This document shows, piece after piece, positions 19,002 to 27,520 of a stretch of DNA of 32,659 nt. The DNA is from a virus, in UHGV virus genome UHGV-0188647; one strand, written 5' to 3'. The notes under the pieces are model-generated. The model was not told where the DNA came from and made no database searches. It saw nothing but the letters and a program-made list of their open reading frames with translations. Positions within the stretch are counted from its first letter, which is position 1. Each line of letters begins with the position of its first letter. The position numbers and the translations under genes were made by a program.

Positions 19002-19697
19002 TTACAGAGAAGTGTAGCGTTGTAAATTATCAATAGTTTTAAGATTGTCCTGACACAATAACTCTAGCACGCGGATATATTCATCCCAACCAAACCGCAT
19101 ATATCCATTTTGAGGAAGAGTATTAGTATCAGTTTCAAATAATACGCAATCACTTGGCATACCATTATTCAAAAATGGAGCTGAAATTTCAGCGCGTCTA
19201 ATTGTACTAATACTATTAATTTCTTCCTGATACTCTTCAATATTTTTCCTTACAGCTATACGATTGTCCCACTCAAATGGATTAACACCTTTATAGGTAA
19301 ACAAAGCATTGTAAAGCGAAGAGTAAACAGATTCATCCCCTTGATAGATACGTGAATTCAGAACAGCTATCCTATTTCCTTTTTTCATCGGAAATACGTT
19401 TTGTAGTTCCCTAGATATAGATAGAACCATTTCTGAAAACGCTTGAGGTTCCCCCCCCAAACCATTAAAAATGATTCCATGGCTAGGAAACTCGACTCTT
19501 ACTGTTTGATTGGTATCTACCATGATAAGAATTTGCTTTTTCTCACCAGTGATGGCATTAATCTCCTGACCAAAAGTAGGTACAAATCCAAATTTTCCAA
19601 TCTTATCAAGCATAGATCCAATAGTTAGTGTATTTGGAACTATATCATTATTATTTGTGAAAAAATTAATCTGATGCGTCTGTTCAATCAATTTCAT
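19002..19697 (-). CDS. hypothetical protein, cargo operon gene 1 (231 aa)
   Basis: AT-rich ORF with an AAGGAG RBS 5 nt upstream of the ATG; first gene downstream of the cos-like site; no family recognised. Confidence 0.6.
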   Translation of the reverse strand: MKLIEQTHQINFFTNNNDIVPNTLTIGSMLDKIGKFGFVPTFGQEINAITGEKKQILIMVDTNQTVRVEFPSHGIIFNGLGGEPQAFSEMVLSISRELQNVFPMKKGNRIAVLNSRIYQGDESVYSSLYNALFTYKGVNPFEWDNRIAVRKNIEEYQEEINSISTIRRAEISAPFLNNGMPSDCVLFETDTNTLPQNGYMRFGWDEYIRVLELLCQDNLKTIDNLQRYTSL

Positions 19698-19844
19698 AAT
19701 TGCTCCTTGTTCAAAAAAACACCACCGCTCAGTGGTTCCTCTCTGTTAAAATATTCTAGTTCAACTTACTCTCAATATGAATCAAAGCTTAACCCTGGTT
19801 GGTAATTAAGTCACACTTTTCTTCATAGTAAGGGATTTCGCGCG

Positions 19845-19863
19845 CTCGTATCCCCGCCACGCC
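19845..19863 (-). other. cos-like cohesive-end site (186/P2 type)
   Basis: The minus strand reads ggcgtggcggggatacgag, matching 15 of 19 positions of the 186 cohesive end GGCGTGGCGGGGAAAGCAT as I recall it; it lies between the right-end operon terminator and the portal side, in the expected orientation. Confidence 0.4.
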
Positions 19864-19904
19864 TGCCCGCTTTATGTAGTGGTTTTCATGCACCTGCATG
19901 AGCT

Positions 19905-19932
19905 ACGCAAAAGCCCGCCAGTTCTGGCGGGC
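19905..19932 (-). terminator. rho-independent terminator after the SOS-controlled two-gene operon
   Basis: 7-bp GC stem (gcccgcc...ggcgggc) followed by a TTTT tract on the minus strand. Confidence 0.5.
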
Positions 19933-20067
19933 CTTAGCAAAAACGATCCTCAAACGATCATGCGATCTCATGCGGCATAGACATGCACTACAGAGCTAAC
20001 GCCTCGCAAGGGCTCGTTGTTCAACCTTGCTGACGCCAGAAGCAAGTTCAGACGCCAGCAACGTTTC

Positions 20068-20301
20068 TTAATGCAGCCAGCTGTCGTCTTCCCACACCTT
20101 CTGCATAATTTTCATCACTTGTTTTCTTTCTTCGTCCAGTTGCAGTCCGGTTAGTTCCACACCGTTAGAGCTACCTTTGCGAATGCGAATTACCGTTTTG
20201 GGATACAGGGGGCGCAGATTGCGGTAAAGCTCGGATTCAAGGGCGTCCAGGGTAGACTGGCTAATCTTCTGCTCTTTATCGATCATTATTTCAATGCGCA
20301 T
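20068..20301 (-). CDS. DinI-family protein (Tum/DinI-like SOS effector)
   Basis: MRIEIMIDKEQKISQSTLDALESELYRNLRPLYPKTVIRIRKGSSNGVELTGLQLDEERKQVMKIMQKVWEDDSWLH resembles E. coli DinI as I recall it; start taken at the internal ATG 20301 with a GAGGTGA RBS. Confidence 0.7.
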   Translation of the reverse strand: MRIEIMIDKEQKISQSTLDALESELYRNLRPLYPKTVIRIRKGSSNGVELTGLQLDEERKQVMKIMQKVWEDDSWLH

Positions 20302-20311
20302 AAAAGTCACC

Positions 20312-20500
20312 TCAGCTGATGACATCCATTGAGCGGTTGTATTCGTGGGTTCTGATTTTTGCCATGAGTTCATCAGTCAATTCAGAAACCCACTGCAGAG
20401 CCAGCCCCTTCTCTTCATCACTACACTCACTAGCCGCTACAAGCTTAAGAAAAAAATCAATGCGCTGGAGCTTCAAAGACTCCAAAAAATAGTCCTGCAT
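20312..20500 (-). CDS. small hypothetical protein, first gene of the LexA-controlled operon (62 aa)
   Basis: Start taken at ATG 20500-20498, preceded by AGGAGG; the longer ORF-track start (20602) would put the LexA box inside the coding region. Confidence 0.5.
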   Translation of the reverse strand: MQDYFLESLKLQRIDFFLKLVAASECSDEEKGLALQWVSELTDELMAKIRTHEYNRSMDVIS

Positions 20501-20541
20501 CTTTCCTCCTATGACACCACACGCAATACTGTATGTATAAC

Positions 20542-20561
20542 CACTGTTTATATTTACAGTA
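20542..20561 (-). promoter_or_regulatory. LexA (SOS) box
   Basis: cactgtttatatttacagta contains CTGT-N8-ACAG with an AT-rich centre, about 45 bp upstream of the 62-aa gene start. Confidence 0.7.
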
Positions 20562-20653
20562 TATAATAATCTTACTGATGTAAAACGTTTTTTTACATTC
20601 ATCAGCCTGATATGCCTGGTATTATTAAGAGCACGAATTGTTAACCCGCGTAA

Positions 20654-23068
20654 TTAATACAGGTTCCGCCACTGATCATCTTCCTGCAAACGCTGGCTCC
20701 GATAGAAGATACGCAGGCCTGCTCCTGACGGAATACTGCCTCCGCGAAGGAGTAAATCGACCTCTTTCTCGCTGCCATCAAATCCTCTGGACTTCAGCTC
20801 ATACACGAGCTGCAGTCGCTGATGGTCTGTAATTCGCTGTTTGTAGTCTTTACGCCGTTTCGGTTTCACCAGGCATAACCTTGCTGCCAGTTCCCGGCGC
20901 TCTTTTTTGCTCATACTGTGCAGGTAATCGTGCAACTCCTTGTCATCCATGCTGGTAATGTCCGTTCTGGGGTCCCCATCAGCTGATTTATCTTTCTCCT
21001 GTTGGTTCAAATTTTCAGCAAGGGGACAGTTATTGCCACGAGTCCAAGGGGCGCAAGCGCCCTGGTCGGCTGCCGCCTCCTGAACGTCAACGGCCTTACG
21101 AACCATTTTCCACTTCACTGCATGAGTGCAGATCTTGCCCTCTGCAATGGGTGACCAGATGCCATAAATACGAATGCCGTGATCGCCATAGGCGGTCGGC
21201 TCTTCGTTGATTTCATAAGCGGTTCTGATGAGGTGATATTTGCGGGGAACCAGTACGCCGCCCTGCTTCATGATGTAGGTGGCAAAACAACCAGCATCAG
21301 CAGCAGCCAGAATGGCATCAAGACGCGGGTTATCCAGTACCGGCGCACCTGCTTTTTTGTCACCCTGTTGCCTTGCCGCCTGACCAGCCAGCAAGCGAAG
21401 TTCACGGTAAGCCTGACGTCCCGGAATACCAAAGAAGCGGAATTGCTGTACACGATGCAGAGACGCCCAGGCATTAACGTATTCAGCGTTATCACGCAGG
21501 GATTTACCCGTTTCCTTGCTGATCTCGCCAGCCAGACCACGCCCGTCAATGTTCTTACTGATGTATTTCGCGATGTAGCTTGTCGGCGTTCCTTTGCGCG
21601 GGTTTATCAGCTCAGATTTAAAGCGTGGACCAGTGTTATTACCCAGTTCCTCGCGGTCTTCACGGATGGCAAACTTACGCAACAATGCAGTAATGGCGCG
21701 GCGGTCTTTTTTGCGCATGAAACACAACAGGTGCCAGTGAACTGTACCGTCATGATGCGGCTCAGCCACCCGCACGCCATACCAGCGCAACCCGGCTTTG
21801 TGCATCGCCTTACGAAATGCAGCAAACATGCCGACCAGATAATCGCTGCTTTGTCTTACCGTCGCATTTGTCCAGGTTGGGTTTGGTCTGCCGTTATTGA
21901 GCGTGGAATGGAAACGTGACGGACAGGTAATGGTGTAGAAAACGGCGCAGTCACCGCGCATTTCCGCGATAAGCTCCAGACCTTTAACACAGGCCATCAT
22001 CTCATTGCGGCGGTGCGCCGGGTTGCTGCTGCTGGCGTTTACCACGTCTTCCATATCCAGCGTGTCGCCCTCTTCGTTCACCAGTTCATGAGAACGGAAA
22101 AACTCCAGTGACTTGCGGCGCTGCTCACGTTTATGAATCACGGCTTCATAGCTGACATAGGGAGATGCTTTTTTGCTGACCAGGCAGACAGCACGCAACT
22201 GCTCTTCCCGCCATTCGCAACGCATTTTCCATAATTTCCGGTACCACCAGTCGGCACACAACATACGCGCCAGCGAACCCGGAATGAGTTCATAGGGCAC
22301 GGGTTGACGGCGGTTTCTTTTCCGACGGAGTTGCTCAAACGCAGGCGGAATAACATCCAGACGCAGGGTTTCCGCTGCCACCTTTTCCCATGTTTTGCGG
22401 ATTTCTTCTGGCTTAACGTCATCGGTGGCGTACAAATCACCACAAGCGGCATCAAGACACATGCTCATATGCGCAGCGACAAGAGTAGACAGGCGTTTCA
22501 CCTGATCCTGACTCATTTCAGGCAGAATCAGCAGGCCGTCCAGCCCTACATGGCTTGCCATAAAACGAAAAGATGCAGATAGCTGGCTGTCGCGTACATG
22601 CTCCAGTCGCTCCAGACATGGCTTAATCGTCTCACGCAAATAGCGGGAATAAGCCTTTGGCCTGCCCAGGCTGCTGAAGTATTCAATACGTTGCATCAGC
22701 GGCTTGCTGATATGGGAAGGCTGGGCATTGACGTCCGCCAGAATGACCATATCTGGATTAAAACGCTGCTGCTCATGCGCCAGCTTTGCCCGACTAATGA
22801 GCTTATCCTGCTCCATTTCGCGCTGGACAGGATCACGGGATTCATTAAAGAAATAACGCTCCCAGACCTGATCACTCAGTGCCTCGCGGCGCAGGTGTTC
22901 CTGCTCGTTATCGGCAGCGTACAGAGCGATCAGGTTTGAAAGCGCAGAAACCGGCGCAACTTCCGCCGGGTCCAGATAAGGGTTAATGGCCTTTTTCGGG
23001 CTGTTCCATGAGAACGCTGCGGCAGCCTCGTTAAAGCCGCAGCAGTTGTTCATATCGGCATGGCTCAT
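20654..23068 (-). CDS. A: replication initiation endonuclease (P2 gpA-like, rolling-circle initiator)
   Basis: 804-aa ORF with an HxH-type motif (TVHWHLL) and a tyrosine pair motif [10 protein letters not shown] (Y-x-x-K-Y); its position matches P2/186 gene A. Confidence 0.85.
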   Translation of the reverse strand: MSHADMNNCCGFNEAAAAFSWNSPKKAINPYLDPAEVAPVSALSNLIALYAADNEQEHLRREALSDQVWERYFFNESRDPVQREMEQDKLISRAKLAHEQQRFNPDMVILADVNAQPSHISKPLMQRIEYFSSLGRPKAYSRYLRETIKPCLERLEHVRDSQLSASFRFMASHVGLDGLLILPEMSQDQVKRLSTLVAAHMSMCLDAACGDLYATDDVKPEEIRKTWEKVAAETLRLDVIPPAFEQLRRKRNRRQPVPYELIPGSLARMLCADWWYRKLWKMRCEWREEQLRAVCLVSKKASPYVSYEAVIHKREQRRKSLEFFRSHELVNEEGDTLDMEDVVNASSSNPAHRRNEMMACVKGLELIAEMRGDCAVFYTITCPSRFHSTLNNGRPNPTWTNATVRQSSDYLVGMFAAFRKAMHKAGLRWYGVRVAEPHHDGTVHWHLLCFMRKKDRRAITALLRKFAIREDREELGNNTGPRFKSELINPRKGTPTSYIAKYISKNIDGRGLAGEISKETGKSLRDNAEYVNAWASLHRVQQFRFFGIPGRQAYRELRLLAGQAARQQGDKKAGAPVLDNPRLDAILAAADAGCFATYIMKQGGVLVPRKYHLIRTAYEINEEPTAYGDHGIRIYGIWSPIAEGKICTHAVKWKMVRKAVDVQEAAADQGACAPWTRGNNCPLAENLNQQEKDKSADGDPRTDITSMDDKELHDYLHSMSKKERRELAARLCLVKPKRRKDYKQRITDHQRLQLVYELKSRGFDGSEKEVDLLLRGGSIPSGAGLRIFYRSQRLQEDDQWRNLY

Positions 23069-23922
23069 GCACGTACTCCGTACACGGCAGAACTATCCAC
23101 GCCACGCGAATAATCAAATCCCACCCAGCAGCGCGGCCCGGAAACAGCAATGATTTCTGTTGCTGATTTACCCTCGCCAGCTGCCACACCGATGCTGCGT
23201 TTTACCTTGATATAGTGGTGAGTAAAATTGCGATACAGCGAACGGATCAGGGATGTGTCACTGTTAGAAACAATGACCGGATGTCCTTCTGATGACCGAT
23301 GTTCAAGAACGGATGCCAGGTGATACTGGTCATCTTCAGTGAAACCATCAGTGTGATAGCCGGAAAACGTACCGTCATACGGCGGATCGCAATACACCAC
23401 ATCCCCCGCCTTCAACATCGCCAGCGTTTCATCAAAGCTGGCGCAGATAAACGTTGCTCGCTGGGCTTTTTCTGCAAATGCGCGAATTTCTTTTTCAGGG
23501 AAATACGGATTTTTATAATTACCGTAGGGAATGTTGAAATGCCCGCTCTTGTTATAGCGACATAAACCACGGTAACCGTGACGATTGAGATACAGGAAAT
23601 ATACCGCTTTCATGAAATCAGTAATTTCAGTTGAGTAATTAAACTCCTGCCTTATGTTGTAATAAGCCACCTCCCTGTTTGCGATCTCAAATAAAACTCT
23701 GGCGCGAGATATAAACGATTCACAATCAGCAGCAACCTTTTTATAGAGGTTGATTAAATCAGGATTAATATCCGCAACAAGATAGCTGGGGTACTCCGTC
23801 TCCATCATCACTGCACAGGAACCCGCGAAAGGTTCAACCAGTCGCGGGCCAGCAGGAAGATGCTTTTTCAGTTCGGACATAATGGCGGTTTTATTTCCCG
23901 CCCATTTCAGGATGGTGCTCAT
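23065..23922 (-). CDS. dam: DNA adenine methyltransferase (Dam family, N6-adenine)
   Basis: LKWAGNK...FAGSCAV (AdoMet-binding) and a DPPY catalytic motif; start at ATG 23922 with a GGAGGTG RBS; the stop overlaps the A start. Confidence 0.85.
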   Translation of the reverse strand: MSTILKWAGNKTAIMSELKKHLPAGPRLVEPFAGSCAVMMETEYPSYLVADINPDLINLYKKVAADCESFISRARVLFEIANREVAYYNIRQEFNYSTEITDFMKAVYFLYLNRHGYRGLCRYNKSGHFNIPYGNYKNPYFPEKEIRAFAEKAQRATFICASFDETLAMLKAGDVVYCDPPYDGTFSGYHTDGFTEDDQYHLASVLEHRSSEGHPVIVSNSDTSLIRSLYRNFTHHYIKVKRSIGVAAGEGKSATEIIAVSGPRCWVGFDYSRGVDSSAVYGVRA

Positions 23923-24146
23923 ACAGCACCTCCGTTGTAATGTTTGCCTTTCAGCTCTGCGATTTCCTGACAGGTAATGCAAAGCTGCACACCCGGAATG
24001 GCACGGCGGCGTGCTGGCGGAATTGGCGCTTCACACTCAATGCAAAGCACGCGGGACACGCCCGGCGTTTTGGCACGGGCAGCACGGATATGACGCTGGC
24101 GTTCTTCTTCAACGCGCTGCTGTACGAGATCCATTGCATCAGCCAT
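23919..24146 (-). CDS. TraR/DksA-family C4 zinc-finger protein
   Basis: CIEC-x17-CITC cysteine pattern in a 75-aa basic protein. Confidence 0.6.
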   Translation of the reverse strand: MADAMDLVQQRVEEERQRHIRAARAKTPGVSRVLCIECEAPIPPARRRAIPGVQLCITCQEIAELKGKHYNGGAV

Positions 24147-24385
24147 TAGTGGATCTCCTGCGCTTCGTTCTGGATTGCTTCAGCTGCCACACGCAGCAGT
24201 TCAGCCGCTTCAACGTGGTTTAGCTGGCGGGATGTGATATGGCACGCAAGGCTATCAAGGCGAGCTGCCATTGCTTCAGCTCTTGCCCGACGTTCTTCCA
24301 GACGAGCCTCTGTCAGTAAAATATTAAGTCCTGCGTCATCCGGTCCGGTTTTAGTCGAGAGGGTTTCAATATTACGCATAATCAA
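24146..24385 (-). CDS. hypothetical early-region protein (79 aa)
   Basis: ORF co-directional with and tightly packed in the early operon; no family recognised. Confidence 0.35.
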   Translation of the reverse strand: MIMRNIETLSTKTGPDDAGLNILLTEARLEERRARAEAMAARLDSLACHITSRQLNHVEAAELLRVAAEAIQNEAQEIH

Positions 24386-24446
24386 TTCTCCTGAATTTAG
24401 ATAAAGGAATACCCGGCGGGTTTACGCCATGAATTTCATTAATTGG

Positions 24447-24788
24447 TTAATTCGGCATGGCTAGCCGTCTGGGAAATAAGCTCACCACTGCACGAAGATG
24501 ATTCATTACTTTAATCAACTCCCGCTTTTCGTCAGTGGTCAGCTCATTAATGCTGATGCTATGACGTTCAGCTGGAATTTTTGCTATAAAGAATATAGCA
24601 GCCAGTGCTCGTTTATTTCGTTCATAATTAACATCCCGTGGATCACGTATATCTTTAATAAACCGCTCAAGCTCTGACTCAATATTCAGGCCAAATACTT
24701 TCGCCCTTAATTCCGCAATATGATTAAGTCCATTCAGGCGTTCACCTGGGCTTAATGGAACAGTCGCCGCAGCGCCTTCAATAGCCAT
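24447..24788 (-). CDS. hypothetical early-region protein (113 aa)
   Basis: ORF in the early operon downstream of the cII-like gene; no family recognised. Confidence 0.4.
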   Translation of the reverse strand: MAIEGAAATVPLSPGERLNGLNHIAELRAKVFGLNIESELERFIKDIRDPRDVNYERNKRALAAIFFIAKIPAERHSISINELTTDEKRELIKVMNHLRAVVSLFPRRLAMPN

Positions 24789-24982
24789 TTGTTCCCCCGT
24801 TTTTTCGTTGATAGTTCTGCCAACAATTCATCTTGCGAACGGCACGGATGCCAGCGTTTACCATCCTCACCCATGATCCAGCCGTGACCGTAGTGCATTG
24901 CCGGACTTTGTTTTACCAGCAGCGATGCAAATGATGGTTCTTTCGTCAGCATAAGCACCTCACAGCAAACCGAATGAAGCAC
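24752..24982 (-). CDS. hypothetical small protein (start uncertain)
   Basis: Short ORF overlapping its neighbours; may start at an internal Met. Confidence 0.25.
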   Translation of the reverse strand: MLHSVCCEVLMLTKEPSFASLLVKQSPAMHYGHGWIMGEDGKRWHPCRSQDELLAELSTKKRGNKWLLKALRRLFH

Positions 24983-25469
24983 CGAGGCCAGTTACAGTAT
25001 CAACTGCACTTGCCATCGCAGGATTAACCTGTAAACGGGCCTGCAATGAAACAGCAGCTAACGCCATCAGTCGTGTAACAGAGTTAATGCTGCTGATAGC
25101 ATCACGACGACCTGCACTGGTTTTTACATCGCCAGATACCGCACCTGCAGCAACACGCCCGATCTCTGCGGTTGCACTCATGACGTAATGTGGCAGTTTC
25201 TCTTTTGCCACCTCATTAATCGGTACACATGGCAGGCAGTGAATCTGTGCCAGAAAACCGTCTACCAGCGTTGAATCTTCCGTCAGATCGGTAAGTAGCC
25301 AGATATCTGACGCATTGAGCTGATGCGGTTGATCTGGGTTGAGTTTGTTTCGCAGAGTCTGGACATTCATACCTGCACGTTCTGCCAGCTTCGCCATATT
25401 GTGACGAAGTGCAAAAGCTCTACAGGCTTCATCAAAATGCGGGTGTTTGGAAATCTTATAATCAAACAT
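24960..25469 (-). CDS. cII: CII-like transcriptional regulator (186 CII-like)
   Basis: 169 aa, the size of 186 CII as I recall it; second gene of the lytic operon after the apl-like gene. Confidence 0.6.
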   Translation of the reverse strand: MFDYKISKHPHFDEACRAFALRHNMAKLAERAGMNVQTLRNKLNPDQPHQLNASDIWLLTDLTEDSTLVDGFLAQIHCLPCVPINEVAKEKLPHYVMSATAEIGRVAAGAVSGDVKTSAGRRDAISSINSVTRLMALAAVSLQARLQVNPAMASAVDTVTGLGASFGLL

Positions 25470-25501
25470 GCTACCCCCTTAGAAAGTTCTCATAATTGAA
25501 C

Positions 25502-25744
25502 TTACTTACCAACAATGACGCGGAAGTTGGAATGACCGAGGGATTCACGGACCTGATCGGTTTTGTACATTAAATAACGCAGGCTTACGCGGCCTTTGTT
25601 TTTTTCTTTCTTGACCATGTATTTAGCAAGCTGACCATGGTGAATTTTTTGATACACGGAGCCGCGGGAGATACCTTCCCATTCCGCGAACTCTGCAGGC
25701 GTAGCCATCTCTTTTGGTACACGAATTGAAATATCAGTGCTCAT
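25502..25744 (-). CDS. apl: Apl/Cox-like excisionase and repressor of the lysogenic promoter
   Basis: 80-aa basic protein, first gene transcribed divergently from the repressor gene, in the Apl/Cox position. Confidence 0.55.
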   Translation of the reverse strand: MSTDISIRVPKEMATPAEFAEWEGISRGSVYQKIHHGQLAKYMVKKEKNKGRVSLRYLMYKTDQVRESLGHSNFRVIVGK

Positions 25745-25802
25745 AGTGCAGTATCTCCCGATTAAGGTTTGGTTTACGTCGTTTTATCTCGTTTTACCTG
25801 AT

Positions 25803-25847
25803 TCAATATTTGATACATCGAGATACTACGATCCAATATTTGATACG
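25803..25847. promoter_or_regulatory. switch region with two direct repeats (candidate repressor operators)
   Basis: caatatttgatac occurs twice (25804-25816 and 25834-25846), 30 bp apart, in the 119-bp apl-cI intergenic region. Confidence 0.4.
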
Positions 25848-25863
25848 TCAACAGGATTAAAAA

Positions 25864-26496
25864 ATGATACAGGTAAAGGTTGGAGAGAATACAGGGGGAA
25901 GAGAGGCTATCCATAGACTAATGGCAGCCTATGATTTCAAGTCCAGACAGCAACTTTGCGATCACTTAGGCGCATCAAAAAGCACCATGGCAAACAGATA
26001 CTTAAGAGATAGTTTTCCTGCAGAGTGGGTGATTCAGTGCGCCTTGGAAACAGGAGTTTCTTTACTGTGGCTAACCACCGGACAGGGAGAGCCAGGTCCA
26101 AACATTGAACCTAAAAAAAATATCAATTCCGTGAACTCCAGCAAGGTTGTACCTCTTTCTGAACTAGTATCTCCTGAAATTGACAAGGCGACTCTCAACG
26201 GTGGTTTATTGGTCGATGCTGGAAAAGCAATCATTGATAGCAGCATACTCCCCTCAGACTCAAGCAACCTACTGCTGGTGACTACTTCTGGTGATTCTTA
26301 TTTAATAGATCGCAACCAAACACCACCAGTAAATGGTATGTGGTTAGTCGATATCGACGGGATAAAAAGCATCGTTAAATTGACTCGACTCCCGGGAAAC
26401 AAATTAGTAGTGCATCAGGATGATTCATCGTTTGAGTGCGGTCTGGATGACATTGAGGTAGTAGGCCGCGCACTGAAAATCATTAAGAGCCTTTGA
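25864..26496 (+). CDS. cI: immunity repressor (186 CI-like)
   Basis: 210-aa protein, divergent from the apl-like gene and immediately upstream of int (TGATATG junction). Confidence 0.7.
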   Translation: MIQVKVGENTGGREAIHRLMAAYDFKSRQQLCDHLGASKSTMANRYLRDSFPAEWVIQCALETGVSLLWLTTGQGEPGPNIEPKKNINSVNSSKVVPLSELVSPEIDKATLNGGLLVDAGKAIIDSSILPSDSSNLLLVTTSGDSYLIDRNQTPPVNGMWLVDIDGIKSIVKLTRLPGNKLVVHQDDSSFECGLDDIEVVGRALKIIKSL

Positions 26497-26497
26497 T

Positions 26498-27520
26498 ATG
26501 ACCATCAGAAAACAGCCGAACGGAAAATGGTTGTGTGAGTGCTATCCCAATGGACGCAATGGCAAGCGCGTGCGTAAGCAATTTGCCACGAAAGGCGAAG
26601 CCATTGCGTTTGAAAGCTTCACAATGGAAGAAGTGAATAAAAAACCGTGGTTGGGTGAAAAGGATGATCGGCGACGCCTATCAGAATTAATTGAGCTTTG
26701 GTATTCCCTATATGGTCAAACACTCGCAGACCCCAAGCGCCTCATGGCGAAACTTAGAATTATCTGTAATGGTCTAGGCGATCCCATCGCCTCAGAACTG
26801 ACAGCTGGTGACTTTACAAAATACCGCGAAGCACGGTTAAAAGGTGAAATACGAAATGAAGATGGCACGCTTATGTCGCCCGTTAAGCCCCGCACGGTAA
26901 ACCTTGAACAGCGCAATCTATCATCTGTGTTCGGTACATTAAAAAAACTAGGACACTGGTCAGCACCAAACCCGCTGGCAGGACTTCCGACCTTCAAAAT
27001 TGCCGAAGGTGAGCTGGCTTTTCTTTCCACGGACGAAATCAAGCGCCTGTTGGCGGCATGTGCTGAATCTCAAAGCCCTAGCTTACTAATGATTGCAAAA
27101 ATATGCCTAGCTACTGGCGCACGGTGGAGTGAAGCCGAAAATCTGCAGGGCCATCAAATATCGAAATACCGAATTACTTATACAAAAACAAAAGGCAAGA
27201 AAAACCGTACTGTGCCGATATCTCAGGATCTGTATGATGAACTCCCCAAAAACAGAGGGAAGCTATTCACTCCATGTAGAAAAGCCTTTGAGCGGGCGGT
27301 TAAACGCGCGGGTATTGAGCTGCCAGAAGGCCAATGCACCCATGTACTGCGCCACACATTCGCCAGTCACTTCATGATGAATGGCGGAAACATACTCGTT
27401 TTGAGGGATATTTTAGGGCATTCAGATATTAAGATGACTATGGTTTATGCCCATTTTTCACCAGAGCATCTTGAAGATGCAGTAACTAAAAACCCACTAT
27501 TTAATTTAAATATTATATGA
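26498..27520 (+). CDS. int: tyrosine integrase (P2/186 family)
   Basis: C-terminal catalytic region HVLRHTFASH...LGHSDIKMTMVYAH (R, H-x-x-R and Y signature); 340 aa. Confidence 0.9.
   Translation: MTIRKQPNGKWLCECYPNGRNGKRVRKQFATKGEAIAFESFTMEEVNKKPWLGEKDDRRRLSELIELWYSLYGQTLADPKRLMAKLRIICNGLGDPIASELTAGDFTKYREARLKGEIRNEDGTLMSPVKPRTVNLEQRNLSSVFGTLKKLGHWSAPNPLAGLPTFKIAEGELAFLSTDEIKRLLAACAESQSPSLLMIAKICLATGARWSEAENLQGHQISKYRITYTKTKGKKNRTVPISQDLYDELPKNRGKLFTPCRKAFERAVKRAGIELPEGQCTHVLRHTFASHFMMNGGNILVLRDILGHSDIKMTMVYAHFSPEHLEDAVTKNPLFNLNII

Noticed and set aside
20528-20547. Second LexA-like sequence (tactgtatgtataaccactg) overlapping the LexA box
   Set aside because: It has CTGT but lacks the ACAG half-site at N8 spacing; only the box at 20544-20559 fits the consensus.
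21179-21919. 246-aa plus-strand ORF
   Set aside because: Antisense within replication gene A; no support as a real gene.
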